DNA of 64,000 bases from a virus. Lineage: Duplodnaviria; Heunggongvirae; Uroviricota; Caudoviricetes. Positions 47,279-57,648 of the stretch are shown one piece after another (within the stretch, counting starts at the first letter, position 1; every line of letters begins with the position of its first letter). Location of the stretch: IMG/VR virus record IMGVR_UViG_2778261035_000005; one strand, given 5' to 3'. Made by a program: the position numbers and the translations under genes. The notes under the pieces are model-generated. The model saw only the letters and a list, made by a program, of their open reading frames with translations, was not told where the DNA came from and did not search any database.

Positions 47279-47324
47279 TGAACATGACTTCAGACCAGTC
47301 GTGGCGCGGCTTACAGCGATCGGG

Positions 47325-47390
47325 GATCTTATTTGATCTATATAAGGATCTATCTATGGATCTCTTTATTAGGATCTATCCTGTGGATAT
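47325..47390. promoter_or_regulatory. Origin-type region: five GATC sites plus a DnaA-box-like sequence
   Basis: GATC at 47325, 47335, 47347, 47359, 47373 (10-14 bp apart), then TGTGGATAT at 47382-47390 (8 of 9 to the DnaA box consensus). Confidence 0.6.
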
Positions 47391-47476
47391 GTGAATAATT
47401 AAAACAGGCATTTACTACCTTCGGCGCACCTGGTGGGTTATCGTTGCCTCGGCTAACAATCACAGAAAAATGACAT

Positions 47477-48121
47477 ATGGATCTAAAACGCACGCGCTGG
47501 GTTCGTCGTCTTGAAGACGGCTCCTACACTATCGAATCAAATTCCAACCTGAATAAGCAGAAGTTGCTTTGTGACATCTGCGGTATAGCGGCGAAGTGCC
47601 CGATCTACGAAACCAGAATTAAACTTGATAAGGCTGGTGTGAATTTTCATTTAAACAGTTGCATCAGGTACGTTCCATTACTCGCATTTCGTAAACCGAT
47701 CATCGGATTGGATGCTCCCTACTTCAACACACTCCGTTCAGGTGTGACGTGGCGAGATCGTTTATCACCAGACAAGCTGATTTGCCTCGTATCCGCAGAC
47801 ACAGGGAAAATCATCCGTTTTGGGAAAGTAGACAAGGTTTACTCAGGCCCAGTAGACGAAATGTTGCGGAAACACAGCCGGTTTAATCATCTCTGTATGG
47901 GTGGTGAGAAAATCGAGAAGGTAGAAGAAGTGATCCGCAAATCCTACGGACACTTTCTGACCAAAGATAGCCTGCTCACCGCAATCTACATCAGACATGT
48001 AAAACGTGAGTTCGACCTCGAATACCACAGCGAAGAAGAGCTTAACCTTGTTGACCCACGTCCAAAAGCTGGCGTCATAAGCATAAACGCAGCGCGTAAA
48101 AAGCCCACTGACGCGCTGTAA
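47477..48121 (+). CDS. Hypothetical protein
   Basis: 214-aa ORF adjacent to the origin region; no recognisable motif. Confidence 0.45.
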   Translation: MDLKRTRWVRRLEDGSYTIESNSNLNKQKLLCDICGIAAKCPIYETRIKLDKAGVNFHLNSCIRYVPLLAFRKPIIGLDAPYFNTLRSGVTWRDRLSPDKLICLVSADTGKIIRFGKVDKVYSGPVDEMLRKHSRFNHLCMGGEKIEKVEEVIRKSYGHFLTKDSLLTAIYIRHVKREFDLEYHSEEELNLVDPRPKAGVISINAARKKPTDAL

Positions 48122-48375
48122 CCCTCCAGATCGTATATTGGCGTAGATAGAATCTACGCCTCCTCAAAATAGCTCTCATAGCGTTCTACAGTGATCCTGT
48201 CTTATTTTTAGTCATACAGACAAGCAAAGTTGCGCCACAATAAATAGGTATATACTTACTTATAAATTTTGTATATTAAGGCGCTCGTTTCATTCCTAAC
48301 ATACCGTTATGCATAGTTGTTTACCTCCTCATTGCTCTTAAAATTTGTATCAAAATAACCACAAAGGAAAAACAC

Positions 48376-49461
48376 ATGACTTTGCCATACGGCGTCATTT
48401 CTGACTGCCACTACCACAAATGGGATGCGTTCTCCACGACGAACGCAGAGGGGCTTAACTCCAGACTTGAAATACAGTTGGAAGCAACGAAAGAAGCAGC
48501 CATCGCCATGAAGAAGGCCGGTTGTAAGTACATGTTGGTTGCCGGTGATACATTTCACGTCCGAGGAACTGTGTCCCCTTCTGTTTTGCATTACGTAACT
48601 GAAACGTACAAGTGGATTATCAACGAGCTTGATCTGACAGTAGTAATGCTGGCCGGTAATCACGATCTTGAAACCAACGATTCAGTATATAGCGCCAACG
48701 CAGCAGCATCGCTGAGTTCTATCGGCGTGGTAATCGTATGTGGCAAACGCCCACACTCAATAAAAATTGGTGATGTGACTGTCCACCTGATTAGCTGGCG
48801 TAACAATCATGCGGAGCTTATCAGCGATCTGAAAGCATTACGTAAGAGCGTAGAAGGTGATAATCATGACGTTGTTATCCATACATCCATTAACAAAGCC
48901 ATTCCAACAATGCCTGACGTCGGTATCGATGCGCAGGAGTTAAAGGATATCGGCTTTCGTCTCGTGCTTAGTGGGCATTACCACAACCACAAAGAGGTCA
49001 TTCCTGGAGTTATCAGTGTCGGTGCGCTGACCCATCAAAATTGGGGAGATGTTGGATCTCTGGCTGGTTACATGATCGTAAACCCGGACGGCAGTTTCAG
49101 TCACTACGAAACCAGTGCGCCTAAATTCATTAACCTGGAAGATTATGTTGCCGATGACCAAATTCGCGGCAACTACGTGCGTTTCCGCGCCGTAATTGAG
49201 AACGATGAAGAAGGCATTAAGTACCAGAACATCCTCAAAACAATGGGTGCAAAAGGTGTCGTGTGCAACTTCATCCGTAAGTCATCAATGATGGAAGGGA
49301 CAGCAAGCACAACGGAAACCAGCAAAATCGATAGCCTGGGAGAGTCGGTATCTGCTTATTGCAAGATTGTCCACGATACTGACGGCGGATTTGATCTGAG
49401 CAAGTTGGATATTTTGTGTCAGGAAATCCTCACCGAAGCGGAGAGTTCGGAGGCTGTGTGA
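48376..49461 (+). CDS. SbcD/Mre11-like nuclease (calcineurin-like phosphoesterase)
   Basis: Phosphoesterase motifs DCHYH, GDTFH, GNHD, GHYH in order; conserved RBS context. Confidence 0.75.
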   Translation: MTLPYGVISDCHYHKWDAFSTTNAEGLNSRLEIQLEATKEAAIAMKKAGCKYMLVAGDTFHVRGTVSPSVLHYVTETYKWIINELDLTVVMLAGNHDLETNDSVYSANAAASLSSIGVVIVCGKRPHSIKIGDVTVHLISWRNNHAELISDLKALRKSVEGDNHDVVIHTSINKAIPTMPDVGIDAQELKDIGFRLVLSGHYHNHKEVIPGVISVGALTHQNWGDVGSLAGYMIVNPDGSFSHYETSAPKFINLEDYVADDQIRGNYVRFRAVIENDEEGIKYQNILKTMGAKGVVCNFIRKSSMMEGTASTTETSKIDSLGESVSAYCKIVHDTDGGFDLSKLDILCQEILTEAESSEAV

Positions 49462-49690
49462 GGCAAAGTCGTTATGGGAGCTTTCGAGACTTTGCCATCA
49501 CGATGAAAAGACTTGAACGAGGCCAGACGGTGATGTTTCACAAGCCCTACCCGCCACAAGGAAATCCCGTAGCGTTTTATCTTGGAAGGTTAACCAGAAA
49601 AGGCGTATTGAGGCGCAGATCCTTCCCGGCGCATACGGAGTTCAGATTGAAAGAAGGTCAAAAGCTAACACACGGTATCAAAGGTGTTAT

Positions 49691-51607
49691 ATGAAGTTTT
49701 TAAAGCTCCAGGTTGAGAATTTTATGGCTATCGCCAGCGCGGAGGTCGAGTTAGATCAGCGTGGTTTAGTGCTCATTCAGGGTGTTAATAGTGATGATAG
49801 TTCCGCATCAAGTAATGGCTCTGGAAAGTCAACGCTAATGAATAGCCTGATGTGGTGTCTTTATGGCGAAACAGCTCATGGTGTGAAGGGTGACGATGTG
49901 TTGTCTACCGACCATGAAAAGAACTGTCGTGTTGCAGTAACCATCGAGGATGAAGGCAAGAGATATGCGATCATTCGTCACCGTAAACACAAAGAGTTCA
50001 AAAATCGGCTTATCGTTCGTGGTGAAGACGGCGATATGACGAAAGGCAAAGATGCGCTGACGCAAGAGTTCGTCGAGCGTCTGATCGGTGCATCTAAAGA
50101 GGTTTTCATGGCTTCCATCTATGCGAGCCAAGAAGCTATGCCAGATTTACCTGGAATGTCCGACAAAAACCTCAAAACCATCGTAGAAGAAGCCGCTGGC
50201 GTTGACAGACTGACACGCGCCTACGCTATTGCTCGTGAGCGAGCTAATGCAGCTGCCGCACGTATGGATGTGGTTAAAACCAAATTGGAGTCGACAATCT
50301 CGACCATTGAGGCAACACAGTCAGAAATTGAGTCAGCGAAAGCCTCCTCTGAATCATGGGAGCAAGAGCGTTCTAAACGTTATGACGATGCCCTGGCTGG
50401 GCTGGCCAGTGCCGAAGTTGAGTTAACGGAAGTTGAACTTGAGATCCGCACTCTTCCCGAACAGATCCGTGATACCGAGAAGGCAATCGAAAGTGAGCGC
50501 AAAAAGTTAGCCTCAAAAGAAGAACATGACGCCAAGTTGCTCAAAGTTCGTGGTGCGATAACTGATATTCGGGCAAGCATCAAAGCTACAGAAAATAGTC
50601 AGGCTGATGCAATGAACCGCGCGCGTAATTTTAAGACCAAAGCAGAAGAGGTTGGTACTAAAGTGGGATCACCATGCCCTACTTGTGGCAAAGCCTACTG
50701 CGAAGAAGATCTATCAACGGTGAAGGAGAATTTCATTGAACAAGCACGTCAGGAAATTGGTCAGGCGAAGACACTTGCAGAGGCAATGGCTAAACACAAA
50801 ACGAATCTTGAGAAAGCGTTAAGCATTGAGTCTGCCCTTGTTAAAACGACACCTGATGTAACGGCTATCATTGCCCGGATTGAAGAGCTTACGAAACAAC
50901 TCTCATCTTTGCGTCATCGTGAGAAGGAGGTTGTTGCTATTGAGTCTCTTGTGACTCGTGCTCGTACTGAGGTCGATCGTATATCAAAAGAGATTAATCC
51001 GTTTATTGCTCTTATCGCCAGACACGAAGATAACCTGGTATCCAGTAAGTCTACCTTCAAGTCCTTAAAAGATGAGTTGAAGGCTATTCAGGAACAAACG
51101 TTGCTATTGGAAAAAGCTCGTCAGGTCTACTCTCCTGCCGGGGTGCGTTCTCATATTTTGACGTCTGTTACGCCTTTCCTGAATACACGCACTGCCGAGT
51201 ATCTCAATACGTTGTCTGACGGGAATATTACTGCTGAGTGGTCGACGATGGATGTCACTAAAAAAGGTGAGTATCGCGACAAATTCAACATTAGTGTGCA
51301 GAAGAAAGGTTCAAGTAAGTCGTTCCAGACCCTCTCTGGTGGTGAGAAGCGGAAGGTTCGCATTGCGTGTTCTTTGGCATTGCAGGATCTGGTTAGTAAC
51401 CGGGCGAGTAAAAACATCGATTTGTTTATCGGCGACGAAATTGACGATGCACTCGATACAGCCGGTCTTGAACGCCTCATGGGTATTCTGGAGTCCAAAG
51501 CTCGCGAGCGAGGTACTGTGCTGATTATCTCCCATAAAGAGATGAAGTCATGGTTCCGGGAAACTATTACGCTGGAAGTTAAAGAGGGGCGCAGCTATGT
51601 CGTTTAA
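49691..51607 (+). CDS. SbcC/Rad50-like ATPase
   Basis: Walker A NGSGKST, central coiled coil with CPTCGK zinc-hook-like motif, signature LSGGEKRK, Walker B DEIDD. Confidence 0.8.
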   Translation: MKFLKLQVENFMAIASAEVELDQRGLVLIQGVNSDDSSASSNGSGKSTLMNSLMWCLYGETAHGVKGDDVLSTDHEKNCRVAVTIEDEGKRYAIIRHRKHKEFKNRLIVRGEDGDMTKGKDALTQEFVERLIGASKEVFMASIYASQEAMPDLPGMSDKNLKTIVEEAAGVDRLTRAYAIARERANAAAARMDVVKTKLESTISTIEATQSEIESAKASSESWEQERSKRYDDALAGLASAEVELTEVELEIRTLPEQIRDTEKAIESERKKLASKEEHDAKLLKVRGAITDIRASIKATENSQADAMNRARNFKTKAEEVGTKVGSPCPTCGKAYCEEDLSTVKENFIEQARQEIGQAKTLAEAMAKHKTNLEKALSIESALVKTTPDVTAIIARIEELTKQLSSLRHREKEVVAIESLVTRARTEVDRISKEINPFIALIARHEDNLVSSKSTFKSLKDELKAIQEQTLLLEKARQVYSPAGVRSHILTSVTPFLNTRTAEYLNTLSDGNITAEWSTMDVTKKGEYRDKFNISVQKKGSSKSFQTLSGGEKRKVRIACSLALQDLVSNRASKNIDLFIGDEIDDALDTAGLERLMGILESKARERGTVLIISHKEMKSWFRETITLEVKEGRSYVV

Positions 51608-52340
51608 ATTAAGCCGCTCGCAGTTTTTGCAGGTATTTGCAGTGATGCAGTCGATAAAACTGATCAATGGGCATACTTCCAATGGTGCGGCTCCACGTAT
51701 TCTGTGGGGCAGCAACAATATTGACGGAGTACAATTCGCCGCGTTGCTTGGTCTAATATCCGAGACGCCATTGATGCAAAGTTTGAAATCACTACCACCT
51801 GGATGTATTGCGCCGATCCTGATTAATCCTTTTGTTGAGGGGGGATATCTTCCCAACGTCGGGCCTGGGTTTATTGCATCCCATGAAACTGAAGATCTTA
51901 ACATTAATAGCGAAGGGTTCTTTGGGGGTATGGGTGCGCATCACTGTATGGCTTTCACGAACCTTATTCGACTTGCCAATAAGCGGGTGGATAGTTTGGC
52001 ATCGCCAGGTGATGCTTTTACTGGTTTCCTTATCCAAAGGAGGGATAAAAAGTACAGTGCGGACAAACTACAGTTTGTTGGTAAGTATGGAGAAATGGTA
52101 GAAATCGAACTTCAGCTCCCGCATGTTTTAGCAAACGATAGTGCAGACAGTCGGAGGCTGTTGGGCATCATGCGTCATTTCATAGCAAGTGGCGTTAAAC
52201 ATGCCGTAGATAAACGTGTCACGCAGGAAAATGAGTATTCAGACTTTGCAAACTCTCCCCAACCAACGTTGCAAACGGCAATAGTAACCAATTCGTTGGA
52301 GGCGAGATTATTGGAAAACCCTATATGGGGAACATGGTAA
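51597..52340 (+). CDS. Hypothetical protein
   Basis: 247-aa ORF overlapping the sbcC-like stop; no recognisable motif. Confidence 0.45.
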   Translation: MSFKLSRSQFLQVFAVMQSIKLINGHTSNGAAPRILWGSNNIDGVQFAALLGLISETPLMQSLKSLPPGCIAPILINPFVEGGYLPNVGPGFIASHETEDLNINSEGFFGGMGAHHCMAFTNLIRLANKRVDSLASPGDAFTGFLIQRRDKKYSADKLQFVGKYGEMVEIELQLPHVLANDSADSRRLLGIMRHFIASGVKHAVDKRVTQENEYSDFANSPQPTLQTAIVTNSLEARLLENPIWGTW

Positions 52341-52349
52341 GGAGACTAT

Positions 52350-52919
52350 ATGAGTAAAAAAATCAGCGTAGTTGGTGTTGATCCCTCAATGAGCAACTTT
52401 GGGCTTGCTGTGGGCACTTTAGACCTTGAGACGGACGAACTTGAGATTCACGGCCTTACTCTTGTTGAGACTAAAGCGGGGAGTAACAAAAAGACCGTTC
52501 GTGTGAACAGTGACGATCTGCGCCGAGCCAGTGAAATATGGCGTGTTGCGAAGCCAATCATTGATAAGGCAAATATGGTTTTTTGTGAGCTACCGGTTGG
52601 GAGCCAAAACTCTCGTTCGCAGACGTCTTACGGTATTTGTATCGGTGTACTTGCGTGTGTGGATAAGCCATTGATCCAGGTTACTCCAAACGAAATCAAG
52701 CATTTTGTCGGCAATAAACTTACTACATCGAAAGAAGAGATTATCCAGTGGGCTACGAAAAAACACCCTAAAGCACCGTGGCTGCGTCGTAAGCAATCTG
52801 GACAGGATGTTCTCGTGAACAAAAACGAACATTTGGCTGATGCGGTGGCTGCCATCCATACCGGTATGCAAACAGATCAGTTCCGCCAGGTGCGCGATGT
52901 TCTTAAGTCTCTCATTTGA
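52350..52919 (+). CDS. RuvC-like Holliday junction resolvase
   Basis: RNase H-fold signatures VVGVDPS (N-terminal acidic motif), CELP, and C-terminal ADAVAAIHTG. Confidence 0.6.
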   Translation: MSKKISVVGVDPSMSNFGLAVGTLDLETDELEIHGLTLVETKAGSNKKTVRVNSDDLRRASEIWRVAKPIIDKANMVFCELPVGSQNSRSQTSYGICIGVLACVDKPLIQVTPNEIKHFVGNKLTTSKEEIIQWATKKHPKAPWLRRKQSGQDVLVNKNEHLADAVAAIHTGMQTDQFRQVRDVLKSLI

Positions 52920-52992
52920 TTTCATTGATAGGTAAGTGCTTATCTATTAACATGGGCCACTATATTTAGTGGCCCTCTTTATTTGGTGATAC

Positions 52993-55308
52993 ATGATAAG
53001 CATCGTAAAACGTAACGGCCAAACAGAGCCGTTATCCGAAGAAAAATACAACCGCGTCGTAATGTATGGCGTAGAAGGCATTCGTGGTGTAAGCGCATCC
53101 GCTGTAGCAATGGGAGCTGCGGCCAGCATTTTTGATGGGATGACCACCAGCCAGTTGCATGAGGCTTTGGTTAAATCTGCCGCTGATTTGATCTCACCAG
53201 AAGCACCAAATTACTCACAGGTGGCTGCCCGCCTGAACATTTTTAAAATCCGCAAAGATGCCTTCGGTCGTTACGACTATCCGAACTTCTACCAACACAT
53301 TGTCAAGAACGTTAACAAGGGCGTTTATGACAAGGATTTGCTGACACATTATTCGTTTGAAGAGATCGAAGAACTCGGCAATTACATTAAGCCGAAACGT
53401 GACGATCTTTTTGGCTATGCAGCTACGGTGCAGTTGCAAAGCAAATACCTCGTTCAAAACCGTGTTACTGGTGAGATTCATGAGGGGCCGCAACATATCT
53501 ATATGCTGGTAGGCATGTGTCTGTTCCAGAATTGGGAAGACGACTGCGCTGGCAAAACACGTATGGAGATGGTCAAAGGTTTCTATGACGTTACAAGTAC
53601 GTTCAAACTGTCTCTGCCCACACCAATCATGGCCGGCGTCCGTACTCCAACCCGTCAGTTCTCCAGTTGTGTGCTGATTGAGTCTGGCGATAGTCTGAAA
53701 GGGATTAGTGCAGCTTCAGCCGCAATTATCGACTACGTTTCACGTCGTGCTGGAATTGGTATTGGTTTTGGCCGTATCCGTGCGCTGGGCAGCGAGATCC
53801 GCAATGGTGAAGCCACCCATACCGGAGTTATTCCATTCCTGAAGCATTTCCAGACGGCTGTTAAATCTTGTTCGCAAGGTGGTGTTCGTGGTGGCGCAGC
53901 AACAGCGTTTTACCCGATCTGGCATCTTGAAGTTGAAAGTCTGCTGGTGGTGAAAAATAACCGTGGTATTGATGAAAACCGCGTTCGCCATCTTGATTAC
54001 GGCGTCATGAGTAACCGTCTAATGTACCGTCGACTCGTCAGAAGCGAGAACATCACTCTGTTCAGCCCGCATGATGTGCCTGATATGTACGAAGCCTTCT
54101 TCACAGACCAGGAGCTGTTTGAAAAGCTGTACCATAAATACGAAGCCGATGATTCAATTCGCAAGAAGTCAGTACCTGCCATTGAGCTGTTCTCATCTCT
54201 GATGCAGGAACGAGCGTCCACGGGCCGAATTTATATTGCGAACGTCGATCATATTAATGAGCATGGCGCTTTCATTCCTGCTCTTGCACCTGTCCGCCAG
54301 TCAAACCTGTGTATGGAGATCACCCTACCCACCCGTCCACTGGCATTTACCGACGACCCGAACGGTGAGATCGCGCTATGCACTTTATCCGCTTTTAACC
54401 TCGGAGCCATCCGTTCACTGGAGTCTCTTAAAGAGGTGGCGTTCTATGCCGTTGCTGCACTGGATTCGTTACTGGATTATCAAGACTATCCGATGGAGGC
54501 AGCCGAAGTGCCTGCCAAAGCTCGTCGTAGCTTGGGAATTGGTGTAACCAACTTTGCTTATTACCTGGCAAAGAATGGCGTTCGTTATTCTGATACCGCT
54601 GGCAATAAACTGGTGCATGAAACGTTCGAAGCTATCCAGTATTACCTTCTTGATGCCAGCTGCCGACTTGCTGAAGCAAAAGGTGAGTGTGACTGGTTTG
54701 AGCAGACCAAATACGCAATTGGTCAGTTGCCGATCGACCATTACCGTTCTTCATTAGACGAAAGTGGCGAAACCAACTTTGAGTTAAAGATGCCGTGGGA
54801 AGAACTGCGTGAACGTATTGCAAAATACGGCCTTCGCAACTCCACACTGACGGCACAAATGCCATGCGAGACTTCCAGCCAGATCACTAATTCCACCAAC
54901 GGCATCGAACCGCCTCGTGGCCCGGTGTCGGTGAAATCTTCTAAGGACGGCATCGTTAAGATGGTCGTGCCTGAGTTTGAAAAACTGAAGGAACAGTATG
55001 AATACCTGTGGGATATGCCGGACAACCGCGGCTATCTGACAAAGGTGGCGATCATCCAGAAGTTCTTTGACCAGGCTATTTCAGCCAATACCAACTATGA
55101 CCCTTCTCGCTTTGAAGGCGATAAAGTCCCAATGATGACGCTACTGTCAGATTTGCTTCTCGCCTACAAGATGGGAGTTAAAACGCTTTACTACCACAAC
55201 ACCAGAGATGGTGCAGGAAAGCGTGATGACGACGAACCGCAGAATCCACTGGCGCAAGCTGTAGCCGTCGAGCCAGAAGATGAGTGCGACGGAGCCTGCA
55301 AAATCTGA
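52993..55308 (+). CDS. nrdA: Ribonucleoside-diphosphate reductase large subunit (class I)
   Basis: 771 aa; N-terminal ATP-cone-like segment; active-site NLCMEI and C-terminal cysteine pair. Confidence 0.9.
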   Translation: MISIVKRNGQTEPLSEEKYNRVVMYGVEGIRGVSASAVAMGAAASIFDGMTTSQLHEALVKSAADLISPEAPNYSQVAARLNIFKIRKDAFGRYDYPNFYQHIVKNVNKGVYDKDLLTHYSFEEIEELGNYIKPKRDDLFGYAATVQLQSKYLVQNRVTGEIHEGPQHIYMLVGMCLFQNWEDDCAGKTRMEMVKGFYDVTSTFKLSLPTPIMAGVRTPTRQFSSCVLIESGDSLKGISAASAAIIDYVSRRAGIGIGFGRIRALGSEIRNGEATHTGVIPFLKHFQTAVKSCSQGGVRGGAATAFYPIWHLEVESLLVVKNNRGIDENRVRHLDYGVMSNRLMYRRLVRSENITLFSPHDVPDMYEAFFTDQELFEKLYHKYEADDSIRKKSVPAIELFSSLMQERASTGRIYIANVDHINEHGAFIPALAPVRQSNLCMEITLPTRPLAFTDDPNGEIALCTLSAFNLGAIRSLESLKEVAFYAVAALDSLLDYQDYPMEAAEVPAKARRSLGIGVTNFAYYLAKNGVRYSDTAGNKLVHETFEAIQYYLLDASCRLAEAKGECDWFEQTKYAIGQLPIDHYRSSLDESGETNFELKMPWEELRERIAKYGLRNSTLTAQMPCETSSQITNSTNGIEPPRGPVSVKSSKDGIVKMVVPEFEKLKEQYEYLWDMPDNRGYLTKVAIIQKFFDQAISANTNYDPSRFEGDKVPMMTLLSDLLLAYKMGVKTLYYHNTRDGAGKRDDDEPQNPLAQAVAVEPEDECDGACKI

Positions 55309-55368
55309 CATATGGTGGGGGATATCCCCACCTTCTCTTTGATTTGTAAGCCTTGTTTAAACACATAA

Positions 55369-55387
55369 GATAACAACTTGTTTAAAC
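55369..55387 (+). promoter_or_regulatory. Conserved motif GATAACAACTTGTTTAAAC, copy upstream of nrdB
   Basis: Variant of the AACAAnTTGTTT palindrome; a half-site (CCTTGTTTAAACAC) lies at 55351-55364. Confidence 0.4.
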
Positions 55388-55415
55388 GCACCAAAAAAAG
55401 AAAAAGGAAAAACAC

Positions 55416-56558
55416 ATGTCATATTCAACGTTCCGTTTGGGTGCTAATGATGCAACCAAAGAGCCTATGTTCCTCGGACAATCTGTCAACGTGGCACGTT
55501 ACGATCAGCAAAAATACCGTGATTTTGAAAAGTTGATTGAACGTCAATTGTCTTTCTTCTGGCGGCCGGAAGAAGTTGATATTTCGAGCGATCGTATCGA
55601 CTTCAACACGAAGCTGCGGGACCACGAACGTCACATTTTTCTGAGCAATCTCCGTTATCAAACGTTACTCGATTCAGTTCAGGGACGTAGCCCAAATGCA
55701 ACGCTGCTGCCGCTTATCTCTATTCCTGAACTGGAAACGTGGGTTGAAACGTGGTCTTTCTCTGAGACTATCCATAGCCGTAGCTACACCCACATTATTC
55801 GTGGCATGGTGGACGATCCGAGTATTGTTTTTGACGGTATTGTTACGGATGAAGAAATCATCAACCGAGCGATCAGTATCTCTGCTGAATATGACAGGCT
55901 TTATGGGATGACATGCGAGCGCCAGTCGTTAGGTGAGAAGGAGTTTGAACGTCTGTACGTAAATGAATATGGCTGGGAGCCATACCCTTTGCATCGTCAG
56001 CTTTTCCGCACGTTGGTGTCCATTAATGCGCTTGAGGCGATCCGTTTCTATGTAAGTTTTGCATGTACGTTTGCCTTTGGCGAACGGAAGTTGCTTGAGG
56101 GTAACACCAAAATTATGCGCTTTATTGCCCGTGATGAAGCTCTGCATTGCGAAGGAACTGAACGCATGATCCGCTTCATGCGTACCGGTCGCGAAGGTTT
56201 ATTGTGGAAAGAGATTGCTGCTGATGAAGAAAACGTCATTTACGACACCATGAAATCAGTCGCCGAACAAGAAATGAACTGGGCAGACTATCTCTTCAAA
56301 GACGGTTCGATGATTGGTTTAAACGCGGATATTCTGAAGACCTATGTAAAATACCGCACCAATCTGGCTATGAATCGTCTTGGCCTGAAGGCTTTATTTC
56401 CAGAAGTTACCACAGATCCGCTGGTCTGGATGAACAAGTGGTTGTTAACCGACACACTGCAAATTGCACCACAAGAGGCAGAGCAAAGCACATATCTGGT
56501 AGGTCAGATCGATTCTACCGTGGATAAGGCTTCTCTAAGCCAGTTTGCAGACCTGTAA
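55416..56558 (+). CDS. nrdB: Ribonucleoside-diphosphate reductase small subunit (class I)
   Basis: 380 aa with di-iron ligand pattern (E...ETIHSRSY...E...H) typical of class Ia small subunits. Confidence 0.9.
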   Translation: MSYSTFRLGANDATKEPMFLGQSVNVARYDQQKYRDFEKLIERQLSFFWRPEEVDISSDRIDFNTKLRDHERHIFLSNLRYQTLLDSVQGRSPNATLLPLISIPELETWVETWSFSETIHSRSYTHIIRGMVDDPSIVFDGIVTDEEIINRAISISAEYDRLYGMTCERQSLGEKEFERLYVNEYGWEPYPLHRQLFRTLVSINALEAIRFYVSFACTFAFGERKLLEGNTKIMRFIARDEALHCEGTERMIRFMRTGREGLLWKEIAADEENVIYDTMKSVAEQEMNWADYLFKDGSMIGLNADILKTYVKYRTNLAMNRLGLKALFPEVTTDPLVWMNKWLLTDTLQIAPQEAEQSTYLVGQIDSTVDKASLSQFADL

Positions 56559-56635
56559 ACCGATACAAAGCATTATGTGGCCTGGCAACGCTGGGCCACA
56601 ATGGATCACAAGAATTAAGAAGGAACAAAACTAGC

Positions 56636-57505
56636 ATGAACTTTACCAAACTGACTGACCACCTGAAACTTGCCACCGATCGTCTCATTGGATTTAAGCC
56701 AGAACCATATGAGTTGCATGAAGGTCATGGTGTAGCTACTGAAAGTATTTACAAGATGGTCGATCAGTTTCATGAACTCTTCCAGCATCCGAGACGCGTT
56801 ATGCCGACACCAGAGCTGCTTCGTCTCCGTGCAAGCCTGATTCATGAAGAAGCTGTAGTGGAAGGTATTCCAGCCGCAATGAATGGGGATATTGAGCAAC
56901 TGCTGGATGCAATGGCCGACTTTTTATACGTTGGTGTTGGTACGATGGTCGCCATCAAAGGTGGTATTTCTACCGGCATGACCTATTACACGCAGGAACA
57001 GAGCATTGATCGCTTTATGCAGACAATTTTTGTGCCCGGTAACACTGTTTTCGATGATATGGCAATGCCATTTCAGGAAGCTCGTGAGGCGTCATATATG
57101 CTCGAAGAGCTGGCAGATAAACTTGAGAACAAGACTGTTAAGGATTCTGAGCTGATTCAGGAACTGCGCCGTGTCATGAACAAAATCTATGTGGCGTGCA
57201 TGATGACCTATCGACTGGCTGATTTCCTCGGTATCAATGTAGTCGAGCTGGTTGGCGAAATTCATCGGTCTAACATGACAAAATTATGGCCTGCTGATGT
57301 CGAGGAACGTCGCCAGGCTGTGGCCAACTGCAAATACGACTCTTCAGACCTGGGATTTCGCCATGCTGATGGTACCGATAAGATGATCGGTTTTCGAATT
57401 TCCGATGGAAAGATTCTGAAGTCTCCAACCTATAGTGATGTCGATTTATCCTCCTTTGTTGAGCAAGCTAAAGCCTCAGCAATGTACGGAATGATCAAAA
57501 AATAA
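56636..57505 (+). CDS. Tandem MazG-like nucleoside triphosphate pyrophosphohydrolase
   Basis: Two consecutive all-alpha MazG-like segments with E..E...E...D acidic patterns. Confidence 0.5.
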   Translation: MNFTKLTDHLKLATDRLIGFKPEPYELHEGHGVATESIYKMVDQFHELFQHPRRVMPTPELLRLRASLIHEEAVVEGIPAAMNGDIEQLLDAMADFLYVGVGTMVAIKGGISTGMTYYTQEQSIDRFMQTIFVPGNTVFDDMAMPFQEAREASYMLEELADKLENKTVKDSELIQELRRVMNKIYVACMMTYRLADFLGINVVELVGEIHRSNMTKLWPADVEERRQAVANCKYDSSDLGFRHADGTDKMIGFRISDGKILKSPTYSDVDLSSFVEQAKASAMYGMIKK

Positions 57506-57648
57506 TTGTAGGTAGTTATCTATCTATGTATATTGTGTTGGCGCGTTAAATTCCTGAAACAACTATTCGTTTTGGTGGCCTATGGCCACCATTTTTTTAT
57601 CTATCTGGCCTTGTACCCTCAATAAATGTAAACTCACGCAATGAATAA

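Noticed and set aside
46959-47394. Plus-strand ORFs 46959-47183 and 47146-47394 from the ORF track
   Set aside because: They overlap the rep gene 5-prime end, the promoter iterons and the GATC/DnaA-box region; reading frames across iterons are artefacts of the repeats.
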